Of a DNA stretch of 38,331 nucleotides, positions 1 through 7,408 are shown piece after piece (position 1 is the stretch's first letter; each line of letters begins with the position of its first letter). The stretch is from Oscillospiraceae bacterium. GTDB taxonomy: Bacteria > Bacillota > Clostridia > Oscillospirales > Oscillospiraceae. The notes beneath the pieces were generated by a model, which ran no database searches, was not told the DNA's origin, and was given only the letters and a program-made list of their open reading frames with translations. Position numbers and translations under genes: made by a program. Location of the stretch: contig JAFQDY010000045.1 in the NCBI GenBank assembly GCA_017399325.1, forward strand, positions 1-38,331, in the 5' to 3' direction.

Positions 1-410
1 CCGCCGCCGGCTGCAGTACCCTTAACGTTCATGGTGGGGCCGCCGGAGGGCTGACGCAGAGCGCCGCCTGCGTTCTTGCCGATGTAACCCAGACCTTCGA
101 TCAGGCCCAGAGAAACGGTGGACTTACCTTCACCGAAGGGGGTGGGGGTAACAGCGGTAACTTCGATAAACTTGCCGTCGGGCTTATCCTTCAGGCGGTT
201 CATAACCTTGATAAAGTCGATCTTGGGGGTCTTGCCGTAGGGAATGATCTCGTCCTCCAGAAGGCCCAACTTCTGGCGGAAGAAGTCTACGGAGGGCAGA
301 GTCTTTTCTGCCTCTTCTGCGATCTGCCAGTCAGCAAACTTGGTGGGGTCGAGCTTTACAAAACCCTTCTCGTCCACGTATTTGCCGTTTTCGTCATATA
401 CGATTGCCAT
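1..410 (-). CDS. fhs: Formate--tetrahydrofolate ligase, N-terminal part (runs off the window edge)
   Basis: Not in the ORF track. Manual translation from ATG at 410 gives [36 protein letters not shown]...[25 protein letters not shown]...[20 protein letters not shown]. The TPTPxGEGKST P-loop and KGxAAGG motifs of FTHFS are present, with RBS AAGGAGG upstream. Confidence 0.93.
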   Translation of the reverse strand, partial: MAIVYDENGKYVDEKGFVKLDPTKFADWQIAEEAEKTLPSVDFFRQKLGLLEDEIIPYGKTPKIDFIKVMNRLKDKPDGKFIEVTAVTPTPFGEGKSTVSLGLIEGLGYIGKNAGGALRQPSGGPTMNVKGTAAGG

Positions 411-463
411 TTTTGTTTTCCTCCTTAAAATAAGTGCTTTCTCTTCAGCACAATAATGACTTT

Positions 464-1408
464 TTACACTTCTGTTACGATGGCGTTCTCACGGATGAAG
501 GCCATGACCTTGCTTGTGAGCACACTTCTCATAACTGCCGCCTCAAATTCGGCATCGTAGTAGTCTTTCAAGTCTTCTACAGTGATGCCGTTGTTGCGGG
601 CGATAGTCGCCAGCGCCTGGGCCAGTTCTTCTTTGGTGGCCTCTAACTTTTCCAGTTCCACGATTTTGTCCACCGCGGCCATATTCTTCAGTGCGGCTTC
701 TGCGGCAGGGTATGCGTCTTTCCGCAAATCCTCTTCGGTGGTATTCATAAACTGGCAGTACATCTGCAGGTTCAGGCCCTGTTGAGCCAGTTGTGCTTCC
801 ATATTCTGCAGTTGTTCGTTAACGGACTTTTCCAGTTCCTCGGGAGAAATGGTAATATCCAAAGTGGCTGCGGCCTGACGGAGCAGACGGTCCTGCAAGT
901 CCATTTCGCCCCGCTGGTCGGTGTACTCCTGCATACTCTTGTGCAGTTGCTCCCGCATTTCCTCGAAGGTGTAGCAGCCGCCGATCTCCTGAGCGAACAC
1001 ATCGTCCAGTTCATACTGGGTCTTGACACGAATTTCGTGAATGGTGCAGTGGAATTCCGCTTTCTTACCGGCCAGATCGGGGGCATGGTACTCGGTGGGG
1101 AAGGTGACTTCCACTAAAACAGGCTCTTCGCAGACCTTGTCCAGCAGTTGCTCCTCAAAGCCGGGAATGAACATACCGCTGCCCAGCACCAAAGTCTGAT
1201 TTTGGGCGGTGCCGCCCTCGAACTGGACGCCGTCGCAGTAACCTGCGTAGTCCAAAACCACCTCGTCACCGTTTTCAGTGGGGCGGTCTTTGATCACAGC
1301 AACGCGGGGGTTCTGCAGGCGAACACGCTCGATCTGTCTGTCTACTTCCTCGTCGGTGACGGTATGTTTGGCAAGGTCGGCTTTTAAGCCCATATAAGTA
1401 AATTCCAT
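464..1408 (-). CDS. Trigger factor paralogue (FKBP PPIase + C-terminal domains; no N-terminal ribosome-binding domain)
   Basis: Start [12 protein letters not shown] at 1408 with RBS AGGAGA. FKBP-like motifs [32 protein letters not shown] and [19 protein letters not shown]. No GFRxGxxP signature. Confidence 0.88.
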   Translation of the reverse strand: MEFTYMGLKADLAKHTVTDEEVDRQIERVRLQNPRVAVIKDRPTENGDEVVLDYAGYCDGVQFEGGTAQNQTLVLGSGMFIPGFEEQLLDKVCEEPVLVEVTFPTEYHAPDLAGKKAEFHCTIHEIRVKTQYELDDVFAQEIGGCYTFEEMREQLHKSMQEYTDQRGEMDLQDRLLRQAAATLDITISPEELEKSVNEQLQNMEAQLAQQGLNLQMYCQFMNTTEEDLRKDAYPAAEAALKNMAAVDKIVELEKLEATKEELAQALATIARNNGITVEDLKDYYDAEFEAAVMRSVLTSKVMAFIRENAIVTEV

Positions 1409-1430
1409 AATTCTCTCCTGATCAGTAAAT

Positions 1431-1469
1431 AAAAAAGGGCAATCCGAGTTCAAAAAACTCAAATTGCCC
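1431..1469 (-). terminator. Riboswitch expression-platform terminator
   Basis: GGGCAAUUUGAGUU-loop-AACUCGGAUUGCCC-UUUUUU. Its 5' arm overlaps the 3' strand of P3, the ON-switch architecture. Confidence 0.85.
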
Positions 1470-1536
1470 AGACGGTCGGCATACAATACCTATGTTCCCT
1501 TGCGGTCGTTCCGCAAACCCGTCAGTTGCATAGGCA
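1465..1536 (-). ncRNA. ZMP/ZTP (pfl motif) riboswitch aptamer
   Basis: Minus strand reads UGCCUAUG-CAACUGACGG-GUU-UGCGG(AACGA)CCGCA-AGGGAA-CAUAGGUA-UUGUAU-GCCGACCGUCUGGGCA. This gives P1, P2, P3 and a GACGG/CCGUC pseudoknot matching the ZTP consensus. It lies upstream of fhs, a typical target. Confidence 0.9.
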
Positions 1537-1577
1537 GTTTATTTCGATGCATTTTTCATCGTTCAGGCATCATATCT

Positions 1578-1606
1578 ATACTATACGATAACGCCCTTTT
1601 TGTCAA
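1578..1606 (-). promoter_or_regulatory. sigmaA-type promoter for the riboswitch/tig-like/fhs transcript
   Basis: TTGACA (1606-1601), 17 nt, TAGTAT. Confidence 0.6.
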
Positions 1607-1623
1607 GATGAAAAGCAACTTTT

Positions 1624-2388
1624 TCAGCCGTCCAAGCGGTAGAGCCGCTTGGCGTTTTCTGTGGTGGTTTTTACCGCTTCTTCGTAGGAAATGCCCCGAA
1701 TTTCCGCCAATTTTTCCGCCATTTTCGGCAGCATTCCCGGGTCGTTGCGCTTGCCCCGATAAGGTTCGGGGGCCATAAAAGGACAGTCGGTTTCGATGAC
1801 GATTCTGTCCAAAGGAATGGAAGCGGCGGTCTCCACCGCTTTGCGGGCGTTTTTGAAAGTGAGCACACCGGTAAAACCGATGTACCAGCCCATATTCACC
1901 AGTTGCCGGGCCATTTCCGCAGAGCCGGAATAGCAGTGGAACACGCCCTTTACGGTGGGGAATTCCTTGACGATCCGCATACCGTCGTCGTGGGCCTCCC
2001 GCTCGTGGACGATCACCGGCAGATCCAGTTCCCGGGCCAGTTCCATCTGCATACGGAAGGCCTTCTTCTGGATCTCACGGGGAATGTCCTCATAGTAGTA
2101 GTCAAGACCGATCTCACCGATGGCCTTTACCTTTTCATGGCGGCAAAGTTGACGATACTGGGTAATCACTTCTTCATTCACTTCGTCGGCAGAGTCGGGG
2201 TGGCTGCCCACAGATGCGTAAAGCCAGGGGTAGGCTTCTGCCATTTTGATAATGTCTTTGGAACTTTGCAAACTGCAGCCGGCGTTCATTACAAAACCGA
2301 TGCCTTTTTCTTTAAGGCCTGCCATCAAGGTTTCCCGGTCGGCATCAAAAGCCGGGTCATTCAAATGGGCGTGGGTGTCAAATAACAT
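1624..2388 (-). CDS. tatD: TatD family hydrolase/DNase
   Basis: DTHAH, GEIGLDY, VHERE, FHCYSG and IETDCPF motifs. Confidence 0.93.
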   Translation of the reverse strand: MLFDTHAHLNDPAFDADRETLMAGLKEKGIGFVMNAGCSLQSSKDIIKMAEAYPWLYASVGSHPDSADEVNEEVITQYRQLCRHEKVKAIGEIGLDYYYEDIPREIQKKAFRMQMELARELDLPVIVHEREAHDDGMRIVKEFPTVKGVFHCYSGSAEMARQLVNMGWYIGFTGVLTFKNARKAVETAASIPLDRIVIETDCPFMAPEPYRGKRNDPGMLPKMAEKLAEIRGISYEEAVKTTTENAKRLYRLDG

Positions 2389-2854
2389 AAGGGTTCTCCT
2401 GTTCTATCACGGCTACCAAGCAGCCGTCTATTTCGGATACGCGGGGGTCAGATAAAGAAAAATCGGTGCATTTGGGGTAGGGGGTCAGGCCTTCGCCCGT
2501 ACATTTCACATAGGCCTCTTTCAGCACCCAAAAGGTCAGCAGCGCCCGCCGTTTGTCCGTTGCGGATTCAAATTGCAACTGTTCATTGGGGGACAGTATC
2601 TTTTTGGCTAAGTTCAGGTTGATTTCTCTGTCCGTTTCCTCCGCATCGATGCCGATCGGGTGGTCGGACAGGACGCAGAACACATGGTTTTTGGTATGGC
2701 TGACGGAAAAATGCGCAGAACTGTCCGCAAAATAGGGCTTGCCCCGCTTGGCTTTTTCAATAGGGGGCAGGGGCGCGCCGTAGAGTTCTTCCAGCAGTTC
2801 AAGGCCTGCTTCGTGGCCGTTTTGCCCGCTTAATTGTTTCCACAAAAGTTTCAC
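2378..2854 (-). CDS. 4'-phosphopantetheinyl transferase superfamily protein (Sfp-like, short)
   Basis: GTG start at 2854 after AGGAGG. GKPY, FSVSHT, IGIDAE and WVLKEAYVKCTGEG motifs. Confidence 0.85.
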   Translation of the reverse strand: MKLLWKQLSGQNGHEAGLELLEELYGAPLPPIEKAKRGKPYFADSSAHFSVSHTKNHVFCVLSDHPIGIDAEETDREINLNLAKKILSPNEQLQFESATDKRRALLTFWVLKEAYVKCTGEGLTPYPKCTDFSLSDPRVSEIDGCLVAVIEQENPYVI

Positions 2855-2882
2855 AGCGCACCTCCTTTTTTGCAGTGATTCT

Positions 2883-2911
2883 AGTATACCTTTCGGTATC
2901 TTTGTTGTCAA
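2883..2911 (-). promoter_or_regulatory. sigmaA promoter for PPTase-tatD
   Basis: TTGACA-17-TATACT. Confidence 0.65.
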
Positions 2912-2947
2912 TGGAGCATAACCTTTTTATGACAAGGAGGAATGGTT

Positions 2948-3220
2948 ATGACAGAACAAAAACCGATCTTACCCCACAAACTGACGCTGAACGAGCGCAA
3001 GACCCTGACCGTCAGCGGTGTGACCGAGGTGGTCAGTTTCGATGAAACGGCGGTGATCGCCCACACGGATATGGGCACACTGGTGGTACAGGGAAAAGAT
3101 CTGCAACTAAAGACTTTGCTTCCCGAAGGCGGACAGGTCGGCGTGGAGGGGAAGATCTCTGCGCTGATCTATGAAGAACCCAGAGCCGCAGGTTCCTGGT
3201 GGCAGCGGCTGATGGGATGA
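2948..3220 (+). CDS. yabP: Sporulation protein YabP
   Basis: HKLTLNERKTLTVSGVTEVVSFDE...GTLVVQGKDL...VEGKISALIY. RBS AAGGAGG; alternative start at 2942. Confidence 0.88.
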   Translation: MTEQKPILPHKLTLNERKTLTVSGVTEVVSFDETAVIAHTDMGTLVVQGKDLQLKTLLPEGGQVGVEGKISALIYEEPRAAGSWWQRLMG

Positions 3221-3966
3221 TGACGCCGCAGGTTGCCTTCCGGCGGTTTTTGACGGGGCTTGTTTTGGGGTGCGCACTGGGTGTTGTTTACGGTTTTTTG
3301 CGTCCGGCAAGGCGAAAAAAGGCTGTTTGGGGAGATCTTGTGTTCAGCGGATTTGCCCTATGGGTGTATATCCACTACGGGTTCGGGGTGTGCCGGGGCG
3401 ATCTGCGTATGGGCTATCTGGCCGCGCCGATCCTGGGTGCGTTTGGGTTTGACAGGACCGTGGGACGATGGCTGGTGCCTGTTTTTGGGGAGTTTTGGAA
3501 ACTTTTTGCCGCCATTTGGGGTTTGTTACGAAAAAATTTTATAAAAGGCCGGGATTTTGCAAAAATTTTGTTTGCAAGATGGAAAAAATGCAGTACAATA
3601 AAACGGAAGAAACATCGGCAAAACAGGACGCAAAAGAAAGGGGAAAGCCATGGCCGCAAAGAGAAATCCGTTCAGCCATATCCGCATCGTGTATCGGCGC
3701 AGTTCCGTTCTTCTCAAGTGCGCGGTTTTGACCGCCGTCGTCCTGTCCATCGCAGCGCTGACGATCATTCGCATTTCCATTCAGAACACCAAATCGGTGC
3801 AGGAGCAACTGCAGTCCCAGATCAACAGTTTGTCCCAGGAAAATCAGCGGCTGACAAAGCGCATCGCAGAATTGGGCACAGTAGAAAGCATACAACGCAT
3901 CGCAACCGAAGAACTGGGTCTGGTGAATCCAAACGGCCAGTTCTTCACCCCAAACACCAGCGCTGA
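3217..3966 (+). CDS. yabQ: YabQ-like spore cortex membrane protein (frame stays open through the downstream gene)
   Basis: ATGA overlap with the yabP stop. Hydrophobic N-terminus with GxxLGxxYGFLR, DLVF and GDLR motifs, in yabP-yabQ-divIC-S1 synteny. The C-terminal ~105 codons look like a shadow frame. Confidence 0.65.
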   Translation: MMTPQVAFRRFLTGLVLGCALGVVYGFLRPARRKKAVWGDLVFSGFALWVYIHYGFGVCRGDLRMGYLAAPILGAFGFDRTVGRWLVPVFGEFWKLFAAIWGLLRKNFIKGRDFAKILFARWKKCSTIKRKKHRQNRTQKKGESHGRKEKSVQPYPHRVSAQFRSSQVRGFDRRRPVHRSADDHSHFHSEHQIGAGATAVPDQQFVPGKSAADKAHRRIGHSRKHTTHRNRRTGSGESKRPVLHPKHQR

Positions 3967-3970
3967 TTAA
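3650..3970 (+). CDS. Septum formation initiator (DivIC/FtsL family)
   Basis: Basic N-terminus, one TM helix, coiled coil, then IQRIATEELGLVNP. Conserved position after yabQ. Possible internal promoter TTGCAA-16-TACAAT at 3572-3599. Confidence 0.8.
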   Translation: MAAKRNPFSHIRIVYRRSSVLLKCAVLTAVVLSIAALTIIRISIQNTKSVQEQLQSQINSLSQENQRLTKRIAELGTVESIQRIATEELGLVNPNGQFFTPNTSAD

Positions 3971-3991
3971 ATGGAGGAAGCAAAAAAATTT

Positions 3992-4417
3992 ATGGAGTTA
4001 ACCGTCGGAGCCGTTTTAGAAGGAAAAGTAAAATCTATCACCAATTTCGGAGCATTTATCAGCCTGCCTGAGAACAAGACAGGGTTGGTACATATTTCGG
4101 AGGTGGCCAACACCTATGTCAGCGATGTGCGGGAGCACTTAACCGAAGGACAAGATGTGAAAGTAATGGTCATCAGCGCAGAGCCGGGCAAAGTGAATTT
4201 GTCCATCAAGCGGCTGGAGGCCAAGCAGGAAACACGCCCTGTCCGGGGGCGCGCGCCTGTGCCCCGTCCGGCAAGCGCGCCTACGCCACCGCCCCAGCCC
4301 AAATCGGCAGACCAACTGTTCGAGGAGAAACTTAAGCAGTTTATGAGCGAATCCGACAGTAAGATCTCTTCCATCCGGCGGTACTCCGACCATCGGACAA
4401 AAAATCGCAGAAGATAA
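3992..4417 (+). CDS. S1 RNA-binding domain protein (YabR-like)
   Basis: GKVKSITNFGAF, GLVHISEVA, LSIKR and C-terminal FEEKLKQFMSES. Confidence 0.9.
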   Translation: MELTVGAVLEGKVKSITNFGAFISLPENKTGLVHISEVANTYVSDVREHLTEGQDVKVMVISAEPGKVNLSIKRLEAKQETRPVRGRAPVPRPASAPTPPPQPKSADQLFEEKLKQFMSESDSKISSIRRYSDHRTKNRRR

Positions 4418-4422
4418 TAATG

Positions 4423-4447
4423 AGAGCCGCATTCCGCGGCTCTTTTT
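4423..4447 (+). terminator. Intrinsic terminator
   Basis: AGAGCCGC-attcc-GCGGCTCT-TTTT. Confidence 0.6.
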
Positions 4448-4457
4448 GGAGGTTACT

Positions 4458-5156
4458 ATGGCAACAGTAGTCATTACCGGCGGCAGCCGCGGCATTGGCG
4501 CGGAAACTGTCCGGCAATTTGCCGCAAGAGGGGATCGGGTCTATTTCCTCTACGAAAAGCAGCACGAAAAAGCAAGCGAGGTCGCAAAGGAGACCGGCGC
4601 TGTCGCCATCTGCTGCGATGTGGCAGACGGGGCGGCAGTGCGCGCTGCCTTTCAGACCATTCCCGATGTGGATATCTTGGTCTGCAACGCAGGCATTTCC
4701 ATCAGCGGCCTTGTCCACCAAATGAGCGAGGAAAACTGGGACAGGCTCTTTGATGTGAATGTGAAGGGTATGTATCACTGCATCAACGCGGCCGTTCCTT
4801 ACTTTTTGCAAAAGCAGCGCGGCAGCATCGTCACGGTCAGTTCCATGTGGGGACAGGTGGGCGCATCCTTTGAGGTGGCCTACTCCGCTACAAAAGGCGC
4901 GGTCATCGCCATGACCAAGGCCTTGGCCCAGGAGCTGGGACCCTCCGGCGTGCGGGTCAACTGTGTGGCGCCGGGTGTTGTTTGCACCGATATGTGCGCC
5001 AATGTTTCGGAAGAAACTATGGAAGACCTGCGGCAGCAGACCCCCATCGGCCGCAACGGAACGCCTATGGACATCGCAACCGCCATCGTGTATCTGGCGG
5101 ACGCGGAATTTGTGACAGGACAGGTACTTGCCGTCAATGGCGGCATTGTGCTATAA
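4458..5156 (+). CDS. SDR oxidoreductase (FabG/YmfI-like)
   Basis: TGGSRGIG, CNAG, YSATKG and NCVAPG motifs. Confidence 0.9.
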   Translation: MATVVITGGSRGIGAETVRQFAARGDRVYFLYEKQHEKASEVAKETGAVAICCDVADGAAVRAAFQTIPDVDILVCNAGISISGLVHQMSEENWDRLFDVNVKGMYHCINAAVPYFLQKQRGSIVTVSSMWGQVGASFEVAYSATKGAVIAMTKALAQELGPSGVRVNCVAPGVVCTDMCANVSEETMEDLRQQTPIGRNGTPMDIATAIVYLADAEFVTGQVLAVNGGIVL

Positions 5157-5188
5157 TGTAGAAAATCTTTACTTTGGAGGATACCAAT

Positions 5189-5629
5189 ATGAAAATTGCA
5201 ATTGGCTGTGACCACGGCGCACTGGCGCTGAAAGAGGCGGTGATTGCCCACCTGACCAAAAAGGGTTATGAGATCAAGGATTTCGGCACTTACACACTGG
5301 ATAGTTGCGACTATCCCGACTTTGCCGCCCCTGCCGCAAAGGCAGTTGCCAGCGGCGAGTGCGACAAGGGCATCGTGCTTTGCACCACCGGCATCGGCGT
5401 GTCCATCGCCGCCAATAAGGTGGACGGCATCCGCCGCGCGCTGCTGTCCGATGTGATGAGCGCCCGTATGACCCGTGAGCACAACGATACCAATATGATG
5501 GCCATCGGCGCAGGTGTTGTGGGCCAGATGCTGGCGCTGGAGATCGTGGACACCTGGCTGGGAACAGAGTTTTCTCACAACGAGCGTCATCAGCGCAGAA
5601 TCGACAAGGTCATGGCTTTGGAAAAATAA
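5189..5629 (+). CDS. rpiB: Ribose-5-phosphate isomerase B
   Basis: IGCDHG, DYPDFA, CTTGIGVSIAANKV, REHND and RHQRR motifs. Confidence 0.93.
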   Translation: MKIAIGCDHGALALKEAVIAHLTKKGYEIKDFGTYTLDSCDYPDFAAPAAKAVASGECDKGIVLCTTGIGVSIAANKVDGIRRALLSDVMSARMTREHNDTNMMAIGAGVVGQMLALEIVDTWLGTEFSHNERHQRRIDKVMALEK

Positions 5630-5634
5630 AGCAG

Positions 5635-5663
5635 AAAGGGACGACCAATGGTCGTCCCTTTTT
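5635..5663. terminator. Intrinsic (probably bidirectional) terminator
   Basis: AAAGGGACGACC-aat-GGTCGTCCCTTTTT. Confidence 0.75.
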
Positions 5664-5675
5664 ATATAAGCTTGT

Positions 5676-5745
5676 GCGGGCGACCAATGGTCGCCCCTAC
5701 AAAACCCATCGTAAGAATCCGTAGGGGCGGCTATTAGCCGCCCGC
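5676..5745. repeat. GTAG-family REP doublet
   Basis: GCGGGCGACCAATGGTCGCCCCTAC, 20 nt spacer, GTAGGGGCGGCTATTAGCCGCCCGC. Similar doublets at 10254 and 12047. Confidence 0.8.
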
Positions 5746-5751
5746 TTTTTG

Positions 5752-6405
5752 TTATTTTTCAATTTCGACGGTGAAAGCCTTCTTGTCGGAAGAGCCGAAG
5801 TAGGCAGAGCCAGCAACAAATACATTTGCGCCGTTGGCCTTACATTCATTGACGGTGACCAGGTCCACACCGCCGTCCACTTCCAGGTGGCATTCGGGGT
5901 TGACCTTGTCCAGCATTTCGCGGAGTTTCTTTACCTTGGGCATCATATCGGCCATAAATTTCTGGCCGCCGAAGCCGGGTTCGACCGTCATCACCAGCAC
6001 CATATCCACCATAGGCAGGTACTCTTCAATGGCCTCAGCCGGGGTCTTGGGCTTTACCACGATGCCGGGTTTTACGCCAAGAGAGCGGATCAGTTCCAGC
6101 GTCTTGCGGATATTTTCGGGGGTGTCAGCCTCCACGTGGATGGTTAAGTAATCAGCGCCTGCCTTGCAGAAATTTTCCGCGTACTTGATGGGGGTGTCGA
6201 TCATCAGGTGCACATCCAGAACCAAGTCGGTAACAGGGCGCATAGACTTGACCAAACTGTAGCCGAAGGACAGGTTGGGCACGAAATGGCCGTCCATAAT
6301 GTCCACGTGCAGCCACTTTACACCGTTTTCCTTACATTCGGTGAAGTCGCGCTGCATATTCATGTAATCGCAGGAGAGAATAGAAGGTGCTAAAATATTT
6401 TTCAT
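5752..6405 (-). CDS. rpe: Ribulose-phosphate 3-epimerase
   Basis: APSIL, HVDIMDGHFVPN, DVHLM, MTVEPGFGGQ and EVDGG motifs. Confidence 0.96.
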   Translation of the reverse strand: MKNILAPSILSCDYMNMQRDFTECKENGVKWLHVDIMDGHFVPNLSFGYSLVKSMRPVTDLVLDVHLMIDTPIKYAENFCKAGADYLTIHVEADTPENIRKTLELIRSLGVKPGIVVKPKTPAEAIEEYLPMVDMVLVMTVEPGFGGQKFMADMMPKVKKLREMLDKVNPECHLEVDGGVDLVTVNECKANGANVFVAGSAYFGSSDKKAFTVEIEK

Positions 6406-6415
6406 AATATGTTCC

Positions 6416-6838
6416 TCACAGTTTTAATTGTTGAGGGTCTTCCAGCAGGTCGGCCAGGGTAATGCCCTCAAAAAAGTCGTTGATCATTGCATCCAGCCTG
6501 TCCCACATGGGCTTTGTCTGACAGCAGGTGGAGCGGGAGCAGGCGGCAGGCCCTTGGCTGGTGCAGGACACCGCTGCCAATGACCCTTCCGTTAATTTTA
6601 AGATGCTGCCCACAGTGTAGTCGGCAGGGCTGCGGTTTAAGCGGTAGCCGCCGCCTTTTCCGTGGACCGCGTCAACAAAACCTGCCTTGGACAAGGTGGT
6701 CATAATGGATTCTAAGTATTTTTGGGAAATGCCTTCTGCCTCGGCAATTTCTTTCAGCGGGATGTAATCGGCCGCCCCTTTCATGGCAAAATGCACCATC
6801 ACCCGCAGGGCGTAGCGGCCTTTTGTGGATACGATCAT
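6416..6838 (-). CDS. Rrf2 family transcriptional regulator (IscR/CymR-like, Cys-containing)
   Basis: STKGRYALR, YLESIM, GKGGGYRL, ILKLTEG and C-x7-C-x4-CC. Confidence 0.92.
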   Translation of the reverse strand: MIVSTKGRYALRVMVHFAMKGAADYIPLKEIAEAEGISQKYLESIMTTLSKAGFVDAVHGKGGGYRLNRSPADYTVGSILKLTEGSLAAVSCTSQGPAACSRSTCCQTKPMWDRLDAMINDFFEGITLADLLEDPQQLKL

Positions 6839-6839
6839 A

Positions 6840-7268
6840 TCAGTGGCAATGACCGCAATTTTCGCAGTCGGGGAACTCAGACGCGTCGTAGGGAATGCCG
6901 TTTTTGTCGTAGTAGTCCTTCAAGGCAGATTTGATGGCCTCTTCCGCCAAAACGGAGCAGTGGAGTTTGTGGGCGGGAAGACCCTGCAGAGCCTCGGCAA
7001 CCGCGTCATTGGTCAGCTTCATCGCTTCGGAGATAGGCTTGCCCTTGATCATTTCCGTCGCCATAGAGGAAGAGGCGATGGCAGAACCGCAGCCGAATGT
7101 TTCAAACTTCACATTCACGATGATGTCATTTTCGATCTTCAGGTAAATCTTCATAATGTCGCCGCATTTGGCATTGCCCACGGTGCCTACGCCGTCGGCG
7201 TTTTCAATGGTGCCCACATTACGGGGGTGCATAAAATGGTCCATAACCACTTCAGAGTATAGTGCCAT
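6840..7268 (-). CDS. iscU: Fe-S cluster assembly scaffold NifU/IscU
   Basis: Start MALYSEVVMDHF at 7268. GNAKCGD, FETFGCGSAIASSS and KLHCSVL motifs, with a C-terminal CxxCxxC tail. Confidence 0.95.
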   Translation of the reverse strand: MALYSEVVMDHFMHPRNVGTIENADGVGTVGNAKCGDIMKIYLKIENDIIVNVKFETFGCGSAIASSSMATEMIKGKPISEAMKLTNDAVAEALQGLPAHKLHCSVLAEEAIKSALKDYYDKNGIPYDASEFPDCENCGHCH

Positions 7269-7293
7269 AACAGAGTTCTCCTTTGTTTTGAAT

Positions 7294-7408
7294 AGCCTTC
7301 CCCTTGAGGGGAAGGTGGCAGCCCGAAGGGCTGACGGATGAGGTGTAAACAGTCCGTTCCACCTCATCAGTCTGCTTCGCAGACAGCTTCTCCTCAAGGA
7401 GAAGCCTT
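7294..7408. repeat. Bipartite palindromic intergenic element (RIME/REP-like), copy 1
   Basis: Left arm (56 nt) is identical to 11929-11984. Right arm is an inverted variant of the left arm. Confidence 0.85.

Noticed and set aside
1409-1486. N-terminal extension of the trigger-factor ORF to 1486
   Set aside because: It overlaps the riboswitch P3 and terminator, has no RBS and does not resemble the trigger-factor N-domain.
5189-5629. RpiB motif variants (CTTGIG, IRRAL, GAG)
   Set aside because: Catalytic Cys and His residues are retained; single substitutions are not enough to claim altered function.
7269-7397. 43-codon N-terminal extension of IscU in the ORF track
   Set aside because: It is a translation of the repeat element. 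The real start is the ATG at 7268 with RBS AAGGAG.
7331-7408. CUGAUGA on the minus strand of the bipartite repeat suggested a hammerhead ribozyme
   Set aside because: The following stem (GGTG...CACC) is followed by TCAT, not the required GAAA, in both copies. The motif is just part of the inverted arm.
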